DNA from: an uncultured Methanosarcinales archaeon
GTDB taxonomy: Archaea; Nanobdellota; Nanobdellia; Woesearchaeales; ARS49
Reading direction: 5' to 3'
DNA length: 64,000 nt
Assembly (NCBI GenBank): GCA_964572035.1
Contig: CAZNDX010000001.1
Coordinates: forward strand, 60,437-124,436
A program made the position numbers and the translations under genes. Positions 18,010-26,684 of the stretch are shown here, piece by piece (within the stretch, counting starts at the first letter, position 1; each line of letters begins with the position of its first letter). The notes below the pieces were generated by a model that saw only the letters and a list, made by a program, of their open reading frames with translations, had not been told where the DNA came from and did not search any database.

Positions 18010-18690
18010 ATGAGAATAAAGACGCTAATTATCGGCATATTGATTTTAGCAGCAATGACAGTAATGGCTTACGCGCAACCACTCGGAGCGAGCACGCAAG
18101 TAGGAACCCCCCAAACAATCACGTCCGGGACTCCTGGCAACGCCACCGCGCAAGGTGGGAACATAACACTAGTCAACCTGACAGGGAGAGGAAGAGTAAA
18201 CGCCTGGCAAGGTTTCTACGGACAAGTAAGCGGAAACTTCTCACTTGAGGATACTACAGGGGACGTCCTTTACGCTTGGGATATCACAAACCACACAGGC
18301 GAAGTGTTCGCAAGCAGATTCTCAACAATCGATTTCACAACAGTCGCAGGAGTAACAACTTGCACAGTAGATGAAGATTTAACAGGGAACGGAAGAGAAC
18401 GAACAAACAGAACGTTCACAAACGCAACTGTAAACTTCACAATAGGAACCGTGAGCATAACTGAGGCGTGCAGAACATACACATACGTAAGCAACGCGAC
18501 TTCCACAAACTGGGAAGAAATAATCATCAACGCAACAGGCGTAACCAGCATTTACGTCGTCAAAATTAACGAATCCACACCAGTGTTTGACGGAACATCC
18601 CAGGACTACCAAATGATTGTGCCTGATAACAGAACGGCCGCGACAACAGTTTACTACTTTTACGCGGAATTTGACTCGACGAGCGAGTAA
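18010..18690 (+). CDS. Sec-secreted protein, paralog family member B
   Basis: Signal peptide ending AYA-QP. AQGGNITLVNLTG...AWQGFYGQVSG aligns with members A and C. Confidence 0.65.
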   Translation: MRIKTLIIGILILAAMTVMAYAQPLGASTQVGTPQTITSGTPGNATAQGGNITLVNLTGRGRVNAWQGFYGQVSGNFSLEDTTGDVLYAWDITNHTGEVFASRFSTIDFTTVAGVTTCTVDEDLTGNGRERTNRTFTNATVNFTIGTVSITEACRTYTYVSNATSTNWEEIIINATGVTSIYVVKINESTPVFDGTSQDYQMIVPDNRTAATTVYYFYAEFDSTSE

Positions 18691-18729
18691 ACAGATACCT
18701 TTTTAATATTCTTTTTTATTTGAATTTTT

Positions 18730-20394
18730 ATGAAAAAGGGATTTTTGCTAATATTTCTCATATTCGCGACAGCGGTCAGCGCTCAAGAAGTATACGTCGC
18801 CAACACAGCATCCTGGGAAAACATTTACAGCGCAGGAATATACAGCGCGCTATTAGGAAAAGAATTCTACTACCTCGTAAACGCGAGACATGCGGAAGCA
18901 TTGACAGCAGAACTGCCAAGAGGAGCAGACGTAACAGTAATCGAATCTGACAGAATCCCCTACGTAAAAAAATACGCAAACCGCTTAACAAACGCCGGAA
19001 TGAAATCACAAACAGTACTAGTTCCCGAGGATGACGCAAATCTTGACCTCGCAAAAAGACTCCCTCAAATAAACAGCTATTATCTAGTAAACCCAGTATT
19101 CGGATATGACGCGATAAGCGCCGCACCCCTCGCGATACAAACAAAATCATATGTGCTATTCGCCACAAAGGAAAACGCCAAAGAACTAGCCGAATTCCTC
19201 AGCAGCAAAACATTGTCAGGACTGACCATAGTTGGAGACGCAGACCAAGAAGTCATCAGCGCAGTCTCCCATCTAAACCCAAAAATAACCAACGAAGGAA
19301 ACAGATTCAAAAACAACATAGCCCTCGCCGAACAATACAGACAAGCAACAAACGCGCAACAAGCAATACTAACAAACGGAGAATTCCTAGAATACGACAT
19401 ATTCACAGCACAAAACCAGCCAATAGTATTCATAGGAAGAGACAGAGTCCCAGAACAATCACTCGAATACCTAAGGTCAGCACCATACAAAACATTCGTA
19501 GTCCTAGGGAAAGACCTCCTAGGAAGCAGCCAGTCAATAAAAACCTCAACACAAAAACCAGTATTCCTCAAATTCGCCAAAGGAACAACAGGACCAAACG
19601 GATTCCAAAACGTAAGAGGACTCGACCTATTCCCAACACCAGTATTCGAAATGCTCCTCTCATTCAAAACAATATACTACAACATCGACCAGCAGAAAGT
19701 AGAAATGGCAGTTCAAAACGAAAAGCCAGCAAGAACATACCTAGAAGCAAACATACTCCTCCAAGAAGGAGACACTCCAATCATAACACTAGGAGGAGAC
19801 GGATTCAGAATAGAAGGAAATACACAGCACACGTTCAGCTACGCCCAAGACTTAAGCGCCTACGCAACAAAAAACGTAACAGCGCAAGTAACAATACCAT
19901 ACGGCGAAAGCGAAGACACAATAGAAAGAGTTCTAACAGCAACACAACAACTAATATTCTTCTCAGAAAAAGACCTATGCAAACTAAGCATAAACGACGC
20001 AGAATACGACGACACAACACAGCGCTTCAAAATAACAGTCAAGTCGGACAAAGAATGCTACGCGCAAGCGACAATGCTAAACCTGACCATTAGCGATGAA
20101 ATCACCAACCCACAAAGCGGAACGGTAAGAATCGATGGAAAAACAACCATTGACGTCAAACAAAGAATGGACGAAGTTGACATCGCCGACAACCCAACAA
20201 TCACTGTAAGCGTCCGCTACGGAAGCGAGCCAAACGCGCTCATCAAAGAAATAACAAAAACAATGCCATTCAAGAGGACAAGCAGCATTAGCATGACGCT
20301 AATAATCGGAATCGCCGCAATAGCCGCAGTCGTATTACTAATAATTTTCATAATACTATGGAAACGAAAAAAACAACGGCGCTACTCGTACTGA
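18730..20394 (+). CDS. cell-envelope protein with putative cell-wall-binding (CW_binding_2-like) repeats and a C-terminal TM anchor plus basic tail
   Basis: Signal peptide. Segments such as DAISAAPLAIQTKSYVLFATKENAKEL resemble CW_binding_2 repeats. C-terminus LIIGIAAIAAVVLLIIFIILWKRKKQRR. Confidence 0.55.
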   Translation: MKKGFLLIFLIFATAVSAQEVYVANTASWENIYSAGIYSALLGKEFYYLVNARHAEALTAELPRGADVTVIESDRIPYVKKYANRLTNAGMKSQTVLVPEDDANLDLAKRLPQINSYYLVNPVFGYDAISAAPLAIQTKSYVLFATKENAKELAEFLSSKTLSGLTIVGDADQEVISAVSHLNPKITNEGNRFKNNIALAEQYRQATNAQQAILTNGEFLEYDIFTAQNQPIVFIGRDRVPEQSLEYLRSAPYKTFVVLGKDLLGSSQSIKTSTQKPVFLKFAKGTTGPNGFQNVRGLDLFPTPVFEMLLSFKTIYYNIDQQKVEMAVQNEKPARTYLEANILLQEGDTPIITLGGDGFRIEGNTQHTFSYAQDLSAYATKNVTAQVTIPYGESEDTIERVLTATQQLIFFSEKDLCKLSINDAEYDDTTQRFKITVKSDKECYAQATMLNLTISDEITNPQSGTVRIDGKTTIDVKQRMDEVDIADNPTITVSVRYGSEPNALIKEITKTMPFKRTSSISMTLIIGIAAIAAVVLLIIFIILWKRKKQRRYSY

Positions 20395-21887
20395 TATTTC
20401 TCGCAGGAATAGCGTTCGCGCAAGTTCCAGGGAGCGCTCCCGCTCAAGGAGGCAACATAACAATGGTGAACCTGAGCGTTTTCAATGAAACTCAGCGCTG
20501 GCAAGGATGGGTAGGAACAGTATTTTTCACAGGACCACTCACGCCACCAAGCGTTCCAGCAATAGGCGGAGAAATAAACTTCACACAAATAAACGTAACA
20601 AGCCCCTGCACCAGCCCAACAGCAGTAAGCGGATTCATACTGTTCAGCAACTCAAGCACAGCGCCAACAGGACTTGTCGCCGGAAATTTAACAATCCTTG
20701 ACCAATTCACAGGAGGAGGACCTGACAAGGGAAGCAGCACATTCACAGTCAACACAACATTCACAATCGGCGCGCCAATCACAAACGTACCAACAGCATA
20801 CCCGTACGTCAACAACGGAAGCCAAAGCACAGTATTCAGAGAAGGCTACCTGAACGACGCAGGAGGAAACATAGTTTTCGCGGTAGAAGTAAACCTGAAC
20901 ACCCAAGGATACAACAGCAGCTTCTTTGACTTCCAAGCGCTTCTCCCAGCAAGAAACAAAACAGCCGCAACTTGGTATTTGACAACAGACCTGCAAATAA
21001 CATGCCCGCCAGTCACCCCTCCATCTGGCGGAGGAGGCGGAAGACCATACTACCCACTATGCACTCCGTCGTGGAACTGCACAGGATGGGGGCCATGCCA
21101 AGACGGACTAATGCTAAGAAACTGCACATCTAACTTCTGCGGAAGAGCAATAGCAAGACCGCCAACAGCAAAAACCTGCGAAGCGATAATTTCACCTGAA
21201 ATGCAAGAACCGGAACTCATCGACAAACTGCACGGGACACAAATACTCGTTCAAGCGCCACAAGAGATAGAAATAGTCGCTGGGCAACTCACTCAAGTAT
21301 TAATCACCATACACAACCCAAATGACTACAGCATAGAAGACCTCAGCGCGACAATATCAACACCGTTCGTCACGCAAACATACACGCCACTCCAAACAAA
21401 ACCAAAGCTCTACCAACTTTTCGGAGTAATACCCAAAATAAAAAACATAGAAGAACACGCGATACGCTCAAGAACAACACCTACCCTAATGCTTCCAAAA
21501 GAAACCATAACACTCCCAGCATACCTTATAGGCCCTCCAATCATTCCGCAAAGAATATCAGCAACCCTCACGATAAAAAGCGGAGACATAACAATATTCA
21601 CACAACCAATAATTATAATAACAGAAGTCAACTCGCTAACACTAATGACTAACAAACAAGGAAGCACTATAACAGCATACATCATTCTAGATAACAGAGA
21701 ACAAAAAAGACAAAAAAAGTCTCTCGAACTGGATTTAAACCAAGGACGCACAACAAAACACGCAGACCTATTTGACATCACAATTGAACAAAACAAAGTC
21801 GCGACATACGCGCAAACATACAGAACAACATTCGATTACGACGCCGTTCGAGCGAGAACAGACAACGCAGTAATAGAGGTACGCTAA
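20358..21887 (+). CDS. Sec-secreted protein, paralog family member C with a Cys-rich linker and long C-terminal domain
   Basis: Signal ending AFA-QV. AQGGNITMVNLS...WQGWVG core. Linker PPSGGGGGRPYYPLCTPSWNCTGWGPCQDG...C..NFC. Overlaps the previous gene by 37 nt. Confidence 0.65.
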   Translation: METKKTTALLVLIFLAGIAFAQVPGSAPAQGGNITMVNLSVFNETQRWQGWVGTVFFTGPLTPPSVPAIGGEINFTQINVTSPCTSPTAVSGFILFSNSSTAPTGLVAGNLTILDQFTGGGPDKGSSTFTVNTTFTIGAPITNVPTAYPYVNNGSQSTVFREGYLNDAGGNIVFAVEVNLNTQGYNSSFFDFQALLPARNKTAATWYLTTDLQITCPPVTPPSGGGGGRPYYPLCTPSWNCTGWGPCQDGLMLRNCTSNFCGRAIARPPTAKTCEAIISPEMQEPELIDKLHGTQILVQAPQEIEIVAGQLTQVLITIHNPNDYSIEDLSATISTPFVTQTYTPLQTKPKLYQLFGVIPKIKNIEEHAIRSRTTPTLMLPKETITLPAYLIGPPIIPQRISATLTIKSGDITIFTQPIIIITEVNSLTLMTNKQGSTITAYIILDNREQKRQKKSLELDLNQGRTTKHADLFDITIEQNKVATYAQTYRTTFDYDAVRARTDNAVIEVR

Positions 21888-22009
21888 TGTACGTATTCGG
21901 AATAGACATACCAATAACACTGATTTTTCTATTCATTCTAGCCACGCAAATAATCATCATTATAGAGCTACTAATTTTAAGGAGGAAACATGATCGTCGC
22001 AGGAATTAA
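21887..22009 (+). CDS. hydrophobic micro-protein (40 aa) MYVFGIDIPITLIFLFILATQIIIIIELLILRRKHDRRRN
   Basis: ATG overlaps the TAA of the upstream gene (TAATG). Single TM helix plus basic tail. Too short for the ORF track. Paralogous to the next micro-ORF. Confidence 0.35.
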   Translation: MYVFGIDIPITLIFLFILATQIIIIIELLILRRKHDRRRN

Positions 22010-22088
22010 CCTCCCAATAACTGAAGCGATAATAATTCTGCAAACAGGCATCGCGCTATACTTTCTTTGGAAGATACTAAAGAATTAG
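21990..22088 (+). CDS. hydrophobic micro-protein (32 aa) MIVAGINLPITEAIIILQTGIALYFLWKILKN
   Basis: GGAGG 6 nt upstream of the ATG. N-terminus (M-x-V-x-GI-D/N-I/L-PIT) matches the preceding micro-ORF. Confidence 0.35.
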   Translation: MIVAGINLPITEAIIILQTGIALYFLWKILKN

Positions 22089-22116
22089 CAAAATCTTTAT
22101 AACAGGCACAAATTGG

Positions 22117-22581
22117 GTGAAGAATATGAAAGCCGAAGACTACAAACAGCTGCAAGCAAAACACAAAGACCTTCCTTCATTTGAGACACTAGACCAAGAA
22201 TTCTCAATATCACAGATTGACGCTGAAACACACCTGCTAATTGAAATTAAAAAGAAAATGGCGGAAAAACTAGAGCCGACAATAGACTTCCTCGCCGGAC
22301 TATTGAACCCAGAAGGGCTCACAAACATGTTTGAATGCAGAAACATGACAAAAAAAGACCAACAATCAATACTACAAACATACCAACACCTGATGGAGCA
22401 CTACCGGTACCTCCTTGAAACGGACATAATCTCAACTGATAACGCGCACGCCGACGCCATAGCAAGCATAACAAAAGCATGGCTCTCAAACAAAAAACCC
22501 CTTCTTGAGATAATAGGAAAAACACGCTGCAGCTGGCAGAAAAACATCGAGCCAAAAGAAATACTGGAGTACCTTGGATGA
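22117..22581 (+). CDS. hypothetical protein
   Basis: 154 aa. 4-nt overlap with adk suggests co-translation. No recognisable motif. Confidence 0.4.
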   Translation: MKNMKAEDYKQLQAKHKDLPSFETLDQEFSISQIDAETHLLIEIKKKMAEKLEPTIDFLAGLLNPEGLTNMFECRNMTKKDQQSILQTYQHLMEHYRYLLETDIISTDNAHADAIASITKAWLSNKKPLLEIIGKTRCSWQKNIEPKEILEYLG

Positions 22582-23108
22582 ACATAATAATTTTCGGGCC
22601 GCAAGGCTCGGGAAAAGGAACACAAGCCCAACTGCTTTCTGAAACGTTCGGAATGCACCACATAAGCTCAGGAGACATACTCCGCGACGGGGCGACACTT
22701 GGCGACAAAAAACTTCAAAAACTCAAAAAACTTTTAGACACAGGAGAAATGGTTCCCGACAAAGAAATCATCTCAGTCGTCAAAGAACACATCAAAGAAG
22801 ACGACAACATATTTGACGGATTCCCAAGAACACTGGAACAGGCGCACAAACTCGACGACATAATAGAAATCGACCTCGTCATAGAGCTTAACGTCCCAGA
22901 TGAAGAAGTCATCAAAAGAATGAAGCTGCGCAAAAGAGACGACGATAAAGAAGAACTAATCAAAAAAAGACTTGAGAACTATCACGACGAAACGGAACCG
23001 TTAATTGAATACTACAGGCCAAGAGGAATCGTCCACACGATCAACGCAAACAGACCAGTACAGGAAATATTCAACGACCTAGTAAAAATTGTTGAAAAGA
23101 CAAAATAA
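22578..23108 (+). CDS. adk: adenylate kinase
   Basis: P-loop IIIFGPQGSGKGTQA, an NMP-binding segment and a LID-less short form. Confidence 0.9.
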   Translation: MNIIIFGPQGSGKGTQAQLLSETFGMHHISSGDILRDGATLGDKKLQKLKKLLDTGEMVPDKEIISVVKEHIKEDDNIFDGFPRTLEQAHKLDDIIEIDLVIELNVPDEEVIKRMKLRKRDDDKEELIKKRLENYHDETEPLIEYYRPRGIVHTINANRPVQEIFNDLVKIVEKTK

Positions 23109-24056
23109 TCACGCGGGTTCAAATAACTGGCGTATAAATTCCGTCGCGTAGCATCCCTTCGGAAGCATAAACTCAATTGTAAATTTCTTCTTATCTGGGA
23201 AAAACTCATCATCAGACAACTCAGAAACCCTAATACCTGCGGCCTCAGCATAAACATTTCTCTGCGAACCTTCGGAAGAAACTTCCGGAAACTCCTTAAT
23301 AACAAAATCACGAGGAGTAATGCCTTCTTCCCTCAAAATGTCGCGAATAGAATCATCAACAACCGTATCAAAACCGACAAGCGGCAAAACATCCTTCTTC
23401 GACTTCAGCGCAGCATTATTCCAAAGCTCGCTCTGATAAGAATGAACAAACAACAACAAAAGCTTCCTCTGAACAAGACGCAAAGCGCCAATAAAATCAT
23501 TTTTGTCAACAAAAATTTTCATCTTAGGCGCAAGAGAAGGGTTATCATCCATAATCATCAACGCGGCGCTCTTAAAATCACGCTTGACAATCGCGCGGCC
23601 AATTGACGCATTTCTTTTTGAAAAACGCTGTTCGCCAAACAAATTGACAAATTTGGTTTTAACCTCGGGAATCGAGTCAACATTTCTCACAACCAAACAG
23701 AATTTATTTCCAATCAATTCGCCAGTATGAACGGGCTCCTTTCTCCTGCCCAAAAACTCAGCGGACATCATAGAATCATCAAGAGCGTCAATGATTTCCT
23801 TTTTCAAACCCTTAACAGAGCAAACTTGCGATGTGACGCCCTGACGGTCCTTATTTCCCGCGCAGGAAATATCACCTATGTTAACGCGCCACAACCGGGC
23901 AAGTCGCGAAACAGCCTCATAAGTAGTAAGGTCACGCTTCTTCAATCTAAAAATTGAGAACTTGCCATCCCCCTCATCCTTGACATCGCTGATTTCAGTA
24001 ACAGCGAAATCCTCCGGAACATGCTTAATCACATACATAACTCCATTCCGCCCCAT
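23109..24056 (-). CDS. truD: tRNA pseudouridine synthase TruD/Pus7-like, paralog 1 (315 aa)
   Basis: N-terminal VIKHVPEDFAVTEI and motif II CAGNKDRQGVTSQVCSV (the catalytic Asp context GxKDxxxxT.Q). Confidence 0.7.
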   Translation of the reverse strand: MGRNGVMYVIKHVPEDFAVTEISDVKDEGDGKFSIFRLKKRDLTTYEAVSRLARLWRVNIGDISCAGNKDRQGVTSQVCSVKGLKKEIIDALDDSMMSAEFLGRRKEPVHTGELIGNKFCLVVRNVDSIPEVKTKFVNLFGEQRFSKRNASIGRAIVKRDFKSAALMIMDDNPSLAPKMKIFVDKNDFIGALRLVQRKLLLLFVHSYQSELWNNAALKSKKDVLPLVGFDTVVDDSIRDILREEGITPRDFVIKEFPEVSSEGSQRNVYAEAAGIRVSELSDDEFFPDKKKFTIEFMLPKGCYATEFIRQLFEPA

Positions 24057-24093
24057 AAATGTTTAAATAATCTTCGAAACACTCAGGAAGACG

Positions 24094-24573
24094 ATGAGCG
24101 CGCCAAAACTATACTACTTTTCCTGCCTGTTTTTCTCATACACGCGCCTGCATTACCCAAAGGACAAAATCACGTTCCCGGAATATGACTTCCTTGAATC
24201 GTACAAATCAGTTCTAGAAACAATCAAAGACTCAAAAAAAGCGTACAAAGAAATCAGCGAGATATTCAATTTTGTAAGAGTAAAACGAACAATATACAGC
24301 CCGCGCATACAGGAAATAATACAATTCGGAGCCAACGCGGGGCTCGTCAACCCGATTGATGGAAAATTTGAACAATGCAAAATCACAGTAATGAGGGAAG
24401 GGGCTCACGGAATAATACACTATTTTGGACCAGACAAACAACTCGAAGAAACAATAGAAAAGGCGTGCAATCAAATGGCAGAAGCAAAAGACTTCCTTCT
24501 TCCCAAAAGACTTCGCGAAATCAGGAACGCGAGAAAAACAAGCCATCCGAAAGAGATAGAAACAACATATTAA
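24094..24573 (+). CDS. hypothetical protein
   Basis: 159-aa ORF with A-rich sense strand and no recognisable motif. Confidence 0.35.
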   Translation: MSAPKLYYFSCLFFSYTRLHYPKDKITFPEYDFLESYKSVLETIKDSKKAYKEISEIFNFVRVKRTIYSPRIQEIIQFGANAGLVNPIDGKFEQCKITVMREGAHGIIHYFGPDKQLEETIEKACNQMAEAKDFLLPKRLREIRNARKTSHPKEIETTY

Positions 24574-24613
24574 CGCAATTCTTATAAGACACTTGCAAAG
24601 AAAACAAGATTAT

Positions 24614-24688
24614 GCGCCGGTAGCTCAGCTTGGATAGAGCGTTCGGTTCCTAACCGAAAGATCGGGGGTTCGAATCCCCTCCGGCGCG
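24614..24688 (+). tRNA. tRNA-Arg (anticodon CCU)
   Basis: Cloverleaf with acceptor GCGCCGG/CCGGCGC, D-stem GCUC/GAGC, anticodon stem UUCGG/CCGAA with loop UUCCUAA, and T-arm GGGGG-UUCGAAU-CCCCU. Confidence 0.85.
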
Positions 24689-25927
24689 CTACCATTTTCT
24701 TTTTGTCTTAAACACTTCGTGCGCGATAGAAGAAATCCAATTCGCGGCGGTAAAGTAAGGCATAACAACCAAATAGCCTACAATCGACAAAGCGTTCTGC
24801 TTAATAGGCTCTTTAAAAGCCTTGTGCGCAACATACCACATATACGCGCCAAAGATAAACACTAAAATCAAAGGAACAGTAACCTGAACGTTTCTCGCCA
24901 AAACAAACTCCTTAATTGTAGGCCAATCGAGCAAAGTAGTCAAAAAATAATTGTCAATTGTCAAACTTCTGTACAAAAAGTCAAGACCCCTTGAGCCAAA
25001 ATCAAACGAAATCAGCGCGGCGTTCGCGATAAGAAGCAAAATAGCCGCTACGTTAATCGGCATCTGGAACATACCAAAAATACCGTGCTTCTGAGAAAAG
25101 AACAACTTTCTGTATCTTATATGGTTGAAAATGTAACCTCTCGTCCATCTGATTCTCTGACGCCACAAGTCACCCATTGTATTCGGAACAGAAGTGTAAG
25201 TAACGCTTTCGTGCTCCATCTTGATGTTGTAGCCATTCGCCTTCAAACGCATAGCGATTTCCAAATCCTCAGTAAGATTATCACGATTCTCATCAAAACC
25301 GCCAAGCTTTCTCAAAACATCCATTCTGTAAATAGAAAGAACGCCAGGAGTCATGGACAATGTGCCGAAGTTGGCCATAACGTTTCTAACAAGAGCAGAC
25401 ATAATATACTCAACCTTCTGAAGATTCTCAAGCAAAGACTTAGGATTATCAACACGAATTCTGCTAATGACCGCGCCAACATTTTTGTCAGTAAAATTGC
25501 TTAATGACTTCTCAATGCTACCTTTTGAAATACGGCTGTCAGCATCCATAACTGAGAAGAACTCGCCTTTCGCGTGCTTGATAGCAACATTGACCGCGCT
25601 TGACTTACCGCCGTTCTTCTTTGTGAAAACACGAAGAGGAAGTTTTGGATTCGCTTTTTTAAATGCGACAAGACGCCTGTAAGTATCGTCCTCACTGCCG
25701 TCATCAACAACAATAACATCAAGCAAAGAAAGCGGATAACCTGAATCAAAAACAGACTTGACAGTCTTTATGGCATCCTTGTCATGATTTCTACTAAAGA
25801 CAGGAATGCCAATCGATACCAATCCACGCACCCTTTTTGTAGGCTTTTTGTCGTAAATGAAATGAAGCCACACAAGGGTGAGCCACAAAGTGAGGAACGT
25901 GATGCTCCACACTACAAGCTGCACCAT
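24689..25927 (-). CDS. membrane-bound family-2 glycosyltransferase (processive polysaccharide/chitin-synthase-like)
   Basis: N-terminal TM, GT-A core (VIVVDDGSED ... DADS ... QRIRWTRG, i.e. a Q(R/Q)xRW motif) and C-terminal TM helices. Confidence 0.8.
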   Translation of the reverse strand: MVQLVVWSITFLTLWLTLVWLHFIYDKKPTKRVRGLVSIGIPVFSRNHDKDAIKTVKSVFDSGYPLSLLDVIVVDDGSEDDTYRRLVAFKKANPKLPLRVFTKKNGGKSSAVNVAIKHAKGEFFSVMDADSRISKGSIEKSLSNFTDKNVGAVISRIRVDNPKSLLENLQKVEYIMSALVRNVMANFGTLSMTPGVLSIYRMDVLRKLGGFDENRDNLTEDLEIAMRLKANGYNIKMEHESVTYTSVPNTMGDLWRQRIRWTRGYIFNHIRYRKLFFSQKHGIFGMFQMPINVAAILLLIANAALISFDFGSRGLDFLYRSLTIDNYFLTTLLDWPTIKEFVLARNVQVTVPLILVFIFGAYMWYVAHKAFKEPIKQNALSIVGYLVVMPYFTAANWISSIAHEVFKTKRKW

Positions 25928-26012
25928 ATCGTCAATAAATCAACCCTCCCTTTATAAAGGTTTCGGTAGATTTAAATACTAATAAAGAAGTGTTGTCACT
26001 GAGGGGTAACTC

Positions 26013-26684
26013 ATGAACAGAGATATATTAAGCGTAACAATCATCAGCATTCTCATATACGCAATACTCATACCCATATCATATTTCTACGGAACACAAG
26101 GATTCGTGCCAGAACTCATATTATTCATGGCAGTTGGCGTGTTTTTCGCATGGATGTACAACACACTGAAACTCAACATACCAATTTTGACCCTGCTTCA
26201 CATTGGATTAATACTACACTCGTTCGGAATATTCGGGTGGTACCACACATCGCCAATACCAATCAGCTGGGAAAGAATAACCCACTTCTTCGGAATACTC
26301 CCAATGTCAATGATGTTTTACACCTGGATGAGCCAATTCACGGACGCCAAACTTTTTACGAGAAAAAATCTATTCATGATAATCACTGTGTTCTTCGCGG
26401 CAACTGGAGTCGGAGCGTTAGTTGAAGTCGGCGAATTCGTCGGCTATTTGACACTCGGATACGGAGAAGGCGCGCTAATGTTCGGAGACGGAGACAGTGT
26501 TGGCGGATCAGACGTCATAGACACAATCGGTGGCGGATGGATAAACGCCAGCTGGGACATGATATTCAACATATTCGGAGCGATAACAGGAATAATCATA
26601 ATGCTCTGCACAAAAATATTCTACAAAAAACCAACAAAAGCATACTACTTTGAGCCAATGGAAAGCTTTTCAAGAAAATTATAA
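26013..26684 (+). CDS. hypothetical polytopic membrane protein
   Basis: 223 aa with about 6 TM segments. Confidence 0.4.
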   Translation: MNRDILSVTIISILIYAILIPISYFYGTQGFVPELILFMAVGVFFAWMYNTLKLNIPILTLLHIGLILHSFGIFGWYHTSPIPISWERITHFFGILPMSMMFYTWMSQFTDAKLFTRKNLFMIITVFFAATGVGALVEVGEFVGYLTLGYGEGALMFGDGDSVGGSDVIDTIGGGWINASWDMIFNIFGAITGIIIMLCTKIFYKKPTKAYYFEPMESFSRKL

